The notes beneath the pieces were generated by a model, which was not told where the DNA came from, searched no databases, and saw only the letters and a list, made by a program, of their open reading frames with translations. Source: Bilabrum cf. latius (Eukaryota). From it: a stretch of DNA of 64,000 bases. The stretch covers positions 806,001 to 870,000 of the forward strand of contig OZ237735.1 of the NCBI GenBank assembly GCA_965178125.1. The letters are read 5' to 3'. Below are positions 52,601 to 64,000 of this stretch, one piece after another. How positions within the stretch are numbered: the stretch's first letter is position 1; every line of letters starts with the position of its first letter. The position numbers were made by a program, and so were the translations under genes.

Positions 52601-53095
52601 TTAGTCTCTCTCTACTTCAAATTCTAGGCCTGTCTGATCCGAAATCTCCCTCTCGAGTAGGTCGAGCAGGTCTCCCTGCTGCCGCGTGCCCAACCAGCAT
52701 CCGTCCTGGAAATTAAATCTCATGGGACCACTCAGGGGGGAAGACCACCAAATCTGCTTATTTGGGGTTTGTTTATTTAGTACCCATGTTCCAACATCGC
52801 CTAATTTCAGGGTCAGGACGCCTTGCGCGTTCGAAACGTCCATATCTCCGCGTTCTGCCACGTTCCACTGGTCGTTCAGGTCCTCCAGTGCTACTTCGAT
52901 ATCTTCCAATGTTCTATTGGCGTGCTCGTGGTAGTCTGCTTCACTGATACTCGAGACTGTGCAGTCGCCATGTGGCTCGTGCGAACACGTGCGAATTTGC
53001 ACGGGCACTACTCCGCACAATACGCGGGGCATGCTAACCGTTCTTGACGAAGCAGCAGAGCAACGACGAGAAAAAATAAAAATTCTTCGAATCAT
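52601..53095 (-). CDS. FXN: Frataxin (mitochondrial Fe-S cluster assembly)
   Basis: Transit-like N-terminus MIRRIFIFSRR. GVLTLKLGDVGTWVLNKQTPNKQIWWSSPLSGPMRF. The only gene here ending in TAA. Confidence 0.95.
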   Translation of the reverse strand: MIRRIFIFSRRCSAASSRTVSMPRVLCGVVPVQIRTCSHEPHGDCTVSSISEADYHEHANRTLEDIEVALEDLNDQWNVAERGDMDVSNAQGVLTLKLGDVGTWVLNKQTPNKQIWWSSPLSGPMRFNFQDGCWLGTRQQGDLLDLLEREISDQTGLEFEVERD

Positions 53096-53232
53096 GCTTA
53101 GTTGTGCCCAGTCAAACGATCTGAGAAGCAAAATGTTTCTCTGCCGCACACTAATTCGGAGTCAAATATGAAGGTTCCCTATTTCTTCTCTTTTTCCGAG
53201 GTGCGAGATAATCTAATCAGCCGTTTGCAAAC

Positions 53233-55100
53233 ATGCATCAAACAACGGTCAATGTTATGTTACTGTCTGCCTTCATATTCTTGCTTGCGTTCAAGGTGGG
53301 CCTATTCGGTATGCAGTCGTTCCAATGTGGATCTTGCAACGCACACTCTTTCGAGACCAATATCCTGCCCATCGTTCGCAGCCATCTGAGCCACACCTAA
53401 CAAGATACCTGCGCGAAGTGAAAGGTTTTAGTGATGATACTATCAACAATGATATATACGTTGTTTGGACGTATGCATATTTGCCCTTTTTGTTGCTGTG
53501 CGCGCCAATTGCATCCGTAATCGGGGATGTTAATACGATCGCGCTTGGTGCCACGTGCCGGCTGGTAACTCGAGCGCTGCTACTATACGGAACTGAAACA
53601 TGGCACATGATCGTGATGGAGATATTTTACAGTGGGGGTTCGGCAGCTGAAACGGTATTCTTTGCCTATGTCTACACTGTGGTACCATTGCCTTGGCACG
53701 GTACTGCAACTGCTGCAACACAATCAGCCTTTCTCTGTTCGCAACTGCTCAGTGGTATTCTTGGTGACATAATGATACACTGGATGGACGCATCTCTGCA
53801 GAGTACCCTCTGGGTCAGCGCAGTCAGCGTGGCTCTTGGGTGCGCCTCCCTTGCCATCTTGCCCACCCCGCCAGAGACGAGACAGCAGGCAAAAGGCAAG
53901 CTAGCACCAATACATTCTGCTGCAAAAAGTACAGGCACGCCTTCGACTAGTCAGGGCATTGACAATGCTCCCTAGCTCGAGATGGGTATGCCACCGCCAG
54001 GTACTCCGGTGGATCATCCGGGTGCAAGCCTGGAGGAAACAAGCCCGTCGAAACCACGGGCAGCATCTGGCCATGACCAGACCAGTTCCCGTGGATCTGA
54101 CGACTGCCCCACTAACAAAGACACGACGGAGATACCGTAGTCCGACAAGCTATCGTCAGTTGACAGGGTATCGCCTGTTGGCCCCTTCGATGGGCTAGCC
54201 CGCGGGTGGCAGCTGCTGCTGGCAGCCTGGACCCAGCCTTCCTACCGGTCGCAAGCAATGCTGTGGGTAGCTGGGGCTGCAGCTTGGTAGTTTGTCTTCG
54301 GTTGGGAGGCGTCGCTGTACGACGCGGCTTTCCCCAACGCTAAGCAGGACTGGAACGGATCTGTGCTGTCCGCCATGTTGGTGTTCGGTGCGGGGGGTGC
54401 AGCGGTTGTGAGCTATCCAGCCGTGCAGGAGCACCTGTCAGGGACTCGGTCAAGCGGGTTTATTCTGCCAGCACTGCTTGCAGTAGTATGCTCGGTAGTT
54501 TTAGCTGCAGTTTACTGGATGAACAACGGTATAGCGATGCTCGGGGTGTTGGTTGTGGTGTTCTTTGCATGGTAGCTGTGGAATGCTGGATTCTACGTGA
54601 TTACTGCCCGGGTTGTTGAGGACCAAGGGTAGCAACCTGCAAGGAAAACTGAGTTGGAACCGTCAAATAACTCGCTTGATTCGCAAACACAGGCCGACGC
54701 TCGGCTGGAACAGCCGGTTGCAGACGGAGGGGCTGCGGCACACTCCCACGGGGTCATGGTCCGCGACACGGAGTCGCCAGTGCATGCCCCGCTTCTTGCT
54801 GGGGACGGGCATCCCACAGGAGTGCCACCTGGCGCGCTATCGCAAAGCAGCAGGGAATGCGATTCGGAGAGTGCGACCGCACTGACTGGCATATCCCAGG
54901 TGTTTGTCGTGAACCAGGCACTGGGGCTCATGGTGTAGGTCATCCTGCAATCTGTGTTGCTGACTTGGGTTGGGCTAGGGTTGCAGCCACTATACGGTGT
55001 ATGTGCGCTAGTGATGCTTGTGGGTGTCGTCCTGGGAGCTGCAGATTTAGGCAGAAGCCAGGCTTGCCCGAGAGGCACCCGTGAGCGGCTCGCGGCGTGA
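53233..55100 (+). CDS. SLC19 / reduced folate carrier family (folate/thiamine transporter-like); exons 53233-53295, 53382-55100; several in-frame TAG
   Basis: Spliced LLSAFIFLLAFK-PSEPHLTRYL, VVWTYAYL, MEIFYSGGSAAETVFFAYVY, WNGSV and many TM helices. Intron GTGGGC..TCGCAG. Ends TGA. Confidence 0.85.
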
Positions 55101-55252
55101 CGCCCTGGCTAGATGAAGTTCTCATTGCACAGAATGAGGTCCGGGATTGTACAGTTTTGCTAGCACGTGCAGTTGAATCTTAAATCGTACTGATGTTATC
55201 ACTCATAGAGGTGTCAAGTGTCCGAACATCAAACATCAAAGCAAAAACTGCG

Positions 55253-58200
55253 TCAACTTGTCCGGCTTTTCTTAGCCTCAGGCTCGTCATCGTCGCCTCC
55301 TGAGCTGGCGGCAGAAGACTCGGCTGTGCTGCTGCTGCTGCCTTCGCCATCTGGGTTAATGACTGCGTCAGGCGAGTCCGTGCCTTTGCTTTCCGCCCTC
55401 TCACCCTCGTCATCCCTCCCGCGCTTCTCCCCGATCGCCCCGTTGCCTGCAGGGCCTGTGCTGTGGGCCGTCGCATCCTGCGGCTCCTCCCCCTCTGCCA
55501 TCCAAGCTCCCTCGGGTACCGCGTCCAGCTCCAATGGTAGGCCTAGCGGTCGATTGGGGGCACCTGCAGAACTCTAGGCCGCTGTCTCCAGCCCTGCCAA
55601 GCAAAGCTCTACCTGTTCTGTAACGTCCTCGCCCACTGGCTTCATGTCGAGGATCGAGACCAGCCGCAGCAGGTACGGGCACGAGCACAGCACGTCAGAC
55701 CTTACTTGCTGTGGCACCGCCTCGGCCACTTCGGCGGGAACATGGGCCGGCGCTGCAACCAGTGACTTGGTTCGAACGAACTCCGCAGCTATTTTCTTCC
55801 GCTCCTGGTCGTACTCCAGCTCCTGGGCAGAGGCGGATCCGGCAGCTGCCTCGCCAGCGATGGAAGCGACTGGGGCCACCTGGGAACTCGGCCGGATGCC
55901 CGCGCCAAGCAGAGCCGCGGGACCTTGCTCGGCAAGCTCGCTCACAATCGGCGCATCGCCAGCAGACACGCCTGCGTGGCACACAGCAGCCATGGGCAGC
56001 TCGTTCAAGATGACCGGATTCAGACCGGCGATCGCGTCAGCTTCTGCTGCTCGCAGCGAGAGAGGCACAGTCGAGCTGCCGATGCCAGAGTAGTCCCTGC
56101 TTCCATCCGCTGCCTCCACGCTCCAGGCGAGAGGCCTTGGTGCCGCTGCCGAGGAGGCGGATTGACCGGATCCCGATACGTCACCGATGCTTGGCAGAGT
56201 GCAGGCCATGGACTCTTCGTCAGCCGTTGTGCTTGGAAGCATTCCGGCGTGCTGGTGCCGATGAAGGTGCTGGAGCAAAGTCGGGACGCCACCCACTCGC
56301 TGCGGGGCGCTCTCGTGGTCGGACACGAGAGCTCCAAGGGCTGCATCTGCTGCGCCGGCCGTCTTGCCTGCTGCCTCCTTTGGGTCGGTCAGAATGGGTA
56401 GCATCCCCGGAGCACCCTGGGTCCTCTCCGTCTCAGCTTGCTGCACGAGCTCGTCCAGGGAGGTAGCGGTGCCGGCGAATGGTGGCATCGAGTACGAACC
56501 AGGCATGGCAAGGGCTCGCTTCCACTCGACCTGCTCTGCAGTATCCAGCGAGCCCCCGCCCTGGGACCCCCGCAGCTCTAGGTCCATCCACCGCTCCCAC
56601 AGAGATGGAGCGCACTGCTGATCGACCTGGGCCAGGGCAGCCTGCAGAATCGCCCGGGCGTTCCTCGCGTCACCTTTCTCGATCAGAATGTCCACGGCCG
56701 CGCACGCCAGGTTTGGGTCCTTGGGGTGGTACCTGCGCCCCAGGTCCAGCACCTGCAGCGCCATGTCCTTGTCTCCGTTGGATCGAGTCTCCACCATGGC
56801 GGCCGTGAGGTACACGCCGGGTCCGACGTTTGTCCCTCGCCGCGCATCCGCGAACACACGCTTGGCGGCGTCTGCGCCTTGGGTGCGGCGCGCAAGCCGG
56901 ATCCAGTGGCACCTGAGCAAATCCGAGGCGGGAGCCTCCGGCTCCCGCAGTGGCACCCACGGCCCTTGACCTGCGCTCGCTGCCCCCTGCTTGACCCGCC
57001 ACTCGACAAGGGCGCGAGCCTTGTCGTCGGCCTTGCAGCGCTCCAACGCGTCCGACGCAGTCATCACCAGCAAGTCGCTGTCTCGCCAGCACGCCCGAGC
57101 ACCTTCCTCCAGATATGCGGCCCACCCCGGGGTCGTCTGACCCGCGGCCAGCGCAGCGTCTCCGGAGGACGCGCGCTGCCAGGCCGCCCTTGCCGCCCAC
57201 ACCTCGGGACACCTCCGCAGAGACCCGAGAGCGCGCCAGAAGGACACGAGCACCGCTTTGTTCCGCCTGCTCTCTGATTGCGTGGACTACGATAGCTTCA
57301 GGATCGCGGCGCCCCAGCGCGAGCTCTGCTGCCGCTGCCGCGCAGAAGCCGCAGCCCATCGGGAGGCCGCCTGCACTGCAGCAAGCTCCAATTCCGCTGG
57401 CACGGGGACCGCCTGGCCGTGTCCTGCGGCGGCTCCGTGCCGCCCCTTGAGCTCTTCTACCCAGCGCGCGGTGGATGCTCCGCTGAACGGATCCGCAGAC
57501 TCGTCCTCTGCTGCGCCTTGTGCTGCTGCACCCTTGGCAGCCTATGGTGGGCCTGGGGCTACAGTGGCACCCGGCTGTGCCGCGCACACATGGGCCCACC
57601 AATCCCTCGCCCTCTGCCTGCAAACGGCAATGGCTCGCGGTGGGGTGACGGGCGGGACCGGCATGGCGTCCTCGTCGAGCTGCTCCCACGCGGGGAGCAC
57701 CTGCTTGCTCGCTTCCATCGCCTGTTCCACGAGCGGCCTCGCTTCCTCAGCCACCTTGGCTCCTTGCTGGCGAGCTGCCTCTTCATCAGTTCCTTCCGAA
57801 CGAGCCTATTCCACGGCAGCCTCCACCTCGAACTACGAGTACTCCGTCCAAACATCGGCCAGGCTCGTCGAAGGGCTCGATAGAGCACGCCGATACACCT
57901 TCCGGAGCGCGGTGGCTCCCTGCACAATCGCACTGCCACCCTAAGCAACCGCCTGCTTGTATCCCTATCTGTGATGCTTGATCAACGCTTGCCACAGCTT
58001 GTCGATGCCAGGCTGCGTGTCGATTGCTCGAGCTGACAGAGCAAAGTTCAGAGCGTCTCCGACAGCTTTTCGCGCGGCGGCAAGCTTCTGATTCGCCTAA
58101 AGAAGCTAACTCTGAGCACCAGCTGACTTTCCAGAAACGGCCTGCTTCGCCTTCCCGACTGCTTCGGCGGCGGGAACTACTTTGGTTGCGTGCACGAAGT

Positions 58201-58631
58201 CTACGTAAAACTCAAATAGGCCTGGGTGACTAACGTTGACCCCAGGCGCTGTTAAGGCTTTCCGAAGCACCGAGTTAGCCGCAACGGTTCGATTGTGCTT
58301 CAATTCGTGGCGCGCCCAGCGCAACCAAATAGATGCCTGCAGTGAGAAGGCAAGCCGAGCAGTTGATCTAAATCTCCACAGTCAATCCCATACGGACGCA
58401 AGTTCCACGGTCAAAATTCGGCTCGCTACTCACCTACGACGGAAACAGCTTTGCGCATGCATCGAATACGTGGGATGCGCTACTGTGCGATGACTCCTCT
58501 GCGAGACGGAGCAGCTGCATCCACGCCCCAGTGTCGTAGCAGTGAATGCCTACATGCGTCCATAATCTGGTGGCAGCTGCCGGTGGCGCGGAATCCCGAG
58601 CCTTTCTCTGCACGACAGGTGGCATCGACAT
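55253..58631 (-). CDS. CSTF3: HAT-repeat protein, cleavage stimulation factor 77 kDa / Rna14-like; exons 58434-58631, 55253-58336; several in-frame TAG
   Basis: YDTGAWMQLL...LFPS*ASIWLRWARHE, LRKVYRRALSSP...VWTEYS*FE, WIRLARRTQGADAAKRVFADAR, VYLTAAMVE, DARNARAILQAAL, LWERWMDLE. All one frame after a GTGAGT..TGCAG intron. Ends TGA. Confidence 0.8.
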
Positions 58632-58753
58632 GACTTTGCTAGTATAAAGCACACGAAACTGGCTAAAACCTCGAAAGGTTGCATTGGATCGTTGTTGCGT
58701 GTACCTTGAAGAGCGAAAACGACATTCGAGGACACAACAAACAAGGCGAGAAC

Positions 58754-61700
58754 ATGGGGAAGAAACGTCGAAGAGGTGCGTCTCGGTCGAGCGGAGGTGG
58801 CAGTGGGGGTGTTTATGGTGGGCATGGCGCTGCTGCTGTTGCACGATCCCCAGTTCCAGCGGAGGACAGCGCTTTGTTGCAGCACCCGGAGCCAGACATT
58901 TCTAGACTTGGCATTCGCCACTACAAACTGCCACGAAGTAATGTTGGGGGCCTTCAAAATATCGGAAATACGTGTTTTTTCAATAGCACGCTGCAGTGTC
59001 TCGCTACTTGTGATGACCTGGCCAGATACCTTCTGGCCGAGAGCTGGGCGCACGTACCTACGGCTCCCTTCAGAGGCTGCAGCAGCTCTCGAGACAGTCT
59101 TATGATAGCACCTTGCCTACACAGACTTCGAACGCGAAAAGGCGGCCTTGGAGATGGGGATGCGGACGACAAACTGCCGTCCGCCCGGGATGCGCTGCAA
59201 TTGGCGAGCCTGCCTGAATTGCCGGCTCCTGAATTGATATCTTGGCCCCCGCACGGCGAAGGCCGAATCATGACTGCATTACGTGCATGCGTGCGTGAGA
59301 TGAGGCGCGGGCAGTCGTCCAAGCAGCTGCGCGCTATCCCTGCGAAGCACCGCATTGCTCCTCATCACAGCGATGCCGCCGCCGCTGCAGCCGACCCGTC
59401 CGGGGAAGCTGGTGCCGAGGAGCCCGCCAACGACAGCCGCTCAACCGGAAGGCGTGGCAAGTCAGGTCCTCTGTCTGGCGCCACGGTGCGGCCCACAGGC
59501 CTGCTCACAGCGATTGGGTAGGACTACCCCATGTTCCGGGGCAGGGCGCAGCAGGACGCGCACGAGCTGCTCATGTGCCTGCTCAACGGGGTCGAGGAGG
59601 AAGAGTCCAGGCGGCTCAAGACCAGGGCAGACCGCAGGCTGCGGCTCGTGGCAGCGGGCGGCGCCCCGGACCGCGGGGTGCTGGACGAGGGAGCCGCTGC
59701 CTGCCCCGCGCCTGCCTCCGCCCTCGACGTTCTGCGGCAGCACGCCGCTGTGCTCAGGGAACAAGGGGGCGCCGTTGCTGAGACCGCCTCGTGCCTCGAG
59801 AAGGAAGACGATGGCAGCGAGTTCCACGAAAGGGTGGCGCTGACCCTGGGGGGCGGGCCTCGCGCTCCGTGCAAGACGCCCCTGGGGCTGCGCGGCTTTG
59901 CGACCAAGACGTGCCTATTAGGGGCTGCCAGAAGCAGCAGCAGCAGAAGCAGCAGCAGCTCTGGCGAATCGAAGGAAGACTGCCCGATCCAAGTCCCCGG
60001 CAAGCTGGCCCGGGCACTCATGTCGTGCGAGGCCCCGCGCACCCCGCGGCCATGCACGGTGGTGGACGACCTGTTCCGGGGGCACTACGCCCAGCTGTCG
60101 AGGTGCGAGCACTGCGGGAATCTGCACGTTACAGTGCAGGACTGGCTGGCACTGGAGGTGCCCCTGGCACCGCCCCGGCCCCGCAGGCGTCCTGCAGCTT
60201 CCGGCTAGCGGCAAGGTGCCGGGTCTGGATCTGGGTCCGGGTCTGGGTCCGCAGGTAGCGGCGGTTTCGGGATCCACCTTTCAAAGCGAGACAAGGCGAG
60301 GCTTAGGCGCGAGAACGATCGAAGGAAAAAGGCGGGGAGGCCGATACTGGGGCCCGACTTCAAGGAGTTGCCGCCGCACAAGCAGCCGAAGGGCACTAGG
60401 CAGGGAGGCTCGGGCGGGAGCTCGGGAGGCATGTCAAGGCAGGAGCTGGAGATGTCCTCCTTGCTGGGGTTGTCGGGGCCGCAGATGAAGTTTCTGCGGA
60501 AAGGACAAGGTTCTGGTGGTACTGGTGGGGGCAGCAAGGATGTGTCACCGGAGGCCCGCAGGGCCAGGGCTGCTGCAGCGGTGCGGACCATCAAGCCGCA
60601 GCCCACCGAGTCCTGGCTGCACTTTGCCAAGTCCAAGGACAAGTGGAGCTGGCTCAAGGAGCACGCAGATACCGAGCTACTGGACCGCTACAACATCAAT
60701 CAGCCGTGGAAGCGACTGAAAAAGTCGCATGGCGGGCACAAGCTTGACCCGATCGTACAAGAGGCGTGGCAACATCTACTGCGAGAGGCCGGCATGCTCG
60801 ATGATGACTCCTCGGGATCTGGCGACCGGAGCACCGGCGGCACAAGCAAGGATGCTGATGGCAGCAACCGGGCATCGAGCACATCAGACGAAAACGAGGC
60901 GCTTGAAACGCGAGCGATCCAGGAGGCACGAGCAAAGGCCAGTGCCGAGAAGCAGGAGAAGGCCAAGCAGGATGAGGAGGCTGCCGCAGCTCGACAAGCT
61001 GCCGTAGGCCTGCTTGCACGCGCTCGAAGTGAGTCTGCAAGGCGTTGGGCATCGTGGGACCGCGGCCAGGAGAGGTGCAAGTAGGTGGCGCAGGAATGTC
61101 TCGAAGCAGCGATGGACGCTGCCTCTGCAGCAGCTGCAACTGGCAGTGCAGCCACGCCCGCCGCAGATCGAGCCACTGATTTGGGGGAAGCAGCTGCAGA
61201 AACTAGCGCGGAATCGACGGACGGGGTCGAAGATCTGCCGGGCGAGCTCGCTCGCCGCGCCCTTTGCGCCGAGTACCTTGGGCATTTGCAGACGGCCGCT
61301 GCCGCCAGGCATGCTCTTGAGATGAGGCGCCTCGAGGGCTGCCTCCCTGAGCTGCCTGGGATTCAGGTGCCCTTGAAATCGCCATCGGGGCAGAACGCCG
61401 GCACCTCGGCTGGCAAAGGGAGGTTCTCACTGGCCCAGGGCCTGGACCTCGCGTGCACTGTGGAGCGACTCAGAGTGTCCGATGGAAACGGGTACGAGTG
61501 TCCGCGCTGCTCCCGAGCCGGGAATGGGAGGGAGCGTGAGGCATCGGACAGCGGGACAGAGGGCGAGTCGAGCGACGAGGACAATGCCGACGCTGGCGCG
61601 CAGGGGAACAAGGCCGGTGGGTCGTCGCCCGTGCGCGCGGCGGTGGTGCACCGCAACGGGTCGCGGCGGTTTGTGCTGCTGTCGCTGCCTCCAGTGCTGA

Positions 61701-62074
61701 TCATGCACGCCCAGCGGTTTCGATTGCAGGCCATGGGCGCGATGGCGCGGTACGTGAAGGACGACAAGAGCGTCTCGTTTCCCGCGAGGATCGACATGCG
61801 CCCATGGCTCCTGTCCTCTGGCTCCTCCGCGGATGCGGGCGGAGGGGCTGGGATCCCCCGCTAGCTACCCACACAGTATGACCTGTTCGGTGTGGTGTGC
61901 CATCATGGATCCACGCTGTCTGGCGGGCACTACACCGCCTTTGTGAAGCAGGCCTCGGGCTGGAGGCACGTGTCCGATGCATCGGTCAGCGTGGCAACCG
62001 AGGCTCAAGTTTTGGCCTCACAGGCCTATCTGCTCTTCTACAGACGCGTGGACCCAAAATCGCCAAAAGATTGA
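58754..62074 (+). CDS. Ubiquitin-specific protease (peptidase C19, USP16/45-like) with large insertions; 4 in-frame TAG
   Basis: Cys box GLQNIGNTCFFNSTLQCL, QQDAHELL, Zn-finger CEHC...CPRC, LPPVLIMHAQRF, His box HHGSTLSGGHYTAFVK, SDASV, AYLLFY. TAGs at 59519, 60206, 61082 and 61862. Ends TGA. Confidence 0.92.
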
Positions 62075-62226
62075 TGGCGGCAGGGCGTGGAGAGGTCTGG
62101 TATCGCATCAATCGACAGGCAGCTCTTAGTAAAGCGGTTTCATATTTGGGCTCGGCTGCTGGTGTTCCTTCTTCCGGTTTGAGTTGATGCACGCAAATGG
62201 TATCACACGACGATTTGACTGCGACT

Positions 62227-64000
62227 ATGGATGATAGCACCGACAGAAGCGCCAAAATAACAAAGTTCTTCAACAACTTGACTGCTTCAGTTGACGCTCA
62301 GGTCGTGCAAACGCTGGAGAGAGGCAACGAACTGCAGGCAACACGGCAGATTGATTAGGGCACGGTAGTATTCACTGAAGGACCAATTGCTGCGCACCAA
62401 CACCAGGCTAATTCGTGGTCTGTGTAGTGCTGTAAACTGTGCTTGGGCCCACTGGGATCCGCAGCATCGCAGGTGCGTCAGGCTTGCAGTGTAACGGGCC
62501 CGGCAGACTTAATCACGTCGCTTGGGGCCATAGTTGATAAAGATGCAGCTGCTACTGGCACCTCGGATAGCGAGGAAGAAGACGAAGTATGTGGGTTCTG
62601 CATTAGCGCGTAGGATGCAGAGCTTGCAGTCGAAGAGGCACAATCGGCGGTACGCTAGGCTGCAACAGAAGCTGAACATGATGCGACCGGGATTCCTGCA
62701 GCTGCAAGTGGGAGCTCCGAATCTCCACCAGTTGCATTCGCTCCAATCGATCTGAAAGTAGCTGTTAGTGCGTGCACTTGGCCCTGCGTGACGTCCGACT
62801 CGTCTGGTTACTGGCAATTCTGCAGCCAGAGCTGTCGCGATGAAGCCATGCGTTCGATGCTGTTCGTTTTGGACTACGATTTTATGTAGGACGTGGCAGC
62901 GGGATCAGCCGCGCTAATTCTCGATTCAAGCAGTCACAGTGTGGTTTGCGGTGTTGGTGCAGGCCGGATGGGTGGGCACGAGGCAAGCACAGTAGCAGCA
63001 GCAGCAGCGGGGGGTGCCGGCGAGAGCACCGATGAACTAGTAGTCCGCGCAGACCCAGAATCTGGAAGCTCACCTTCGGTAGCAACAAGCGCAAGCGACC
63101 TCACTAAATTCGATGGATCTATGGGATCGGCTGCGCTAAGTGGGGCCCGGCTTGTCGTCGCACGGGCCGCAGTCGGGGAGGGCAGCGAGGCGGTTGCGGA
63201 GGCAGCCGATGAGCTGGATGACATGCAGCGGGAGGTGATGGAATCCGCAGGGATGGCAGCTAGATGCTACTCACACATGTTAGCACTTTTGTGCGACTCG
63301 GTTGATGCCGCCGCCGCCGCAGCAGCAGCAGCAGCAGATCTGGTCTCACCAGCGAAAGACATTTCGATCAAGAGCCAGGGCGAGCGACCCGACAGCACCG
63401 CCAGCATCGCCGAATCATCGGGTTGCGCCGGAAAATCAGGAGCAGGAGCAGCCAGCGCGCTCGCAATTGTATCAAAATGCCTACTAGAAGCAGCTGCGCC
63501 GCTGCAAGACCATCTCCACGGTACCGCTATCGAGACTGTCATGAGCTGGCAGTGGCAGACCGAGGACGCCGATGCCGCACCAGCGGCCTCGAAAAGCGCA
63601 GCCGTGCGTGATGGATTGCATGAAGAATCACCGGATACGATGCAGCTATGCGATATCCTGTCTCGAGCGTTCTTGCCGCTTTTCTTGGCCGCATTTAGGG
63701 TGCTGCCACTATCGTCAGGAGCAGATGTGCAAACGGCCACGAAGCAGCTAGTCGAGGAGCGTTTCTTTTCTCCGCCCGCGGTGTCTCGGCTGCTCGGGGT
63801 GCTTGAACTTAACGGGATCGAGGTGGCAATCGATACTCCAGGAGCACTCGTCGGCAGAATGGTTCTGACCGGGGCGGCACGAGGGGGGAAATCTTGCCGA
63901 GTTCTGCATGAAGCGCTCGAGAGGACGGATGGGGCGCGCCAGGTGCTTGGAGCAAGCGCTAGCCCCGAAGGCGAAGCGCCGAGCGGGCATTCAGGCATGG
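62227..64000 (+). CDS. SET-MYND lysine methyltransferase, SMYD5/ATXR2-like (3'-partial); missing from the ORF track
   Basis: Manual translation: MDDSTD...ERGNELQATRQID*GTVVFTEGPIAAHQHQANSWSV*CCKLCLGPLGS...FCSQSCRDEA...RLLGVLELNGIEV. Fits split-SET N-part, MYND cysteines and SET core. The frame appears open to the window end apart from TAGs. Confidence 0.7.

Noticed and set aside
62534-62755. 73 aa plus-strand ORF and minus-strand ORFs near the window end
   Set aside because: Off-frame or antisense to the SMYD-like gene starting at 62227.
207-64000. Genes are pseudogenes, or the TAGs are sequencing errors
   Set aside because: Interruptions are only TAG, never TAA/TGA or frameshifts, in essential genes with intact catalytic motifs. 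Random decay or error would not be codon-specific.
207-64000. Pyrrolysine or programmed amber readthrough
   Set aside because: TAG occurs many times per gene in unrelated genes, at Gln-like positions, with no shared downstream context. No pyl genes are seen and the DNA is eukaryotic.
207-64000. Ciliate-type UAR=Gln code (table 6)
   Set aside because: No in-frame TAA found in the coding sequence I translated despite abundant TAG, and frataxin ends at TAA.

Overview
Very gene-dense eukaryotic nuclear DNA, probably from a heterotrophic stramenopile (inferred from AP-2 mu and eEF2 features; possibly bicosoecid-like). It holds 15 protein-coding genes, 14 complete and 1 truncated by the window end, plus 11 inferred GT-AG introns that are mostly ~90 nt and lie near gene 5' ends. 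Main result: the fragmented ORF track is explained by a non-standard genetic code. TAG is an in-frame sense codon, most likely Gln, in 13 of the 15 genes, including conserved housekeeping genes (beta-adaptin, AP-2 mu, RRP8, CstF-77, a USP). TGA ends 13 of the complete genes and TAA ends one, and I found no in-frame TAA. UAG and UAA therefore appear uncoupled (table-15-like code). With TAG=Gln, dozens of ORF fragments merge into single genes. These include a ~22 kb ORF for a ~7,350 aa FG-GAP-repeat, multi-pass membrane protein and a ~2,000 aa NHL-LCCL-EGF type I membrane protein. No tRNA, rRNA, CRISPR array or mobile element was recognised.
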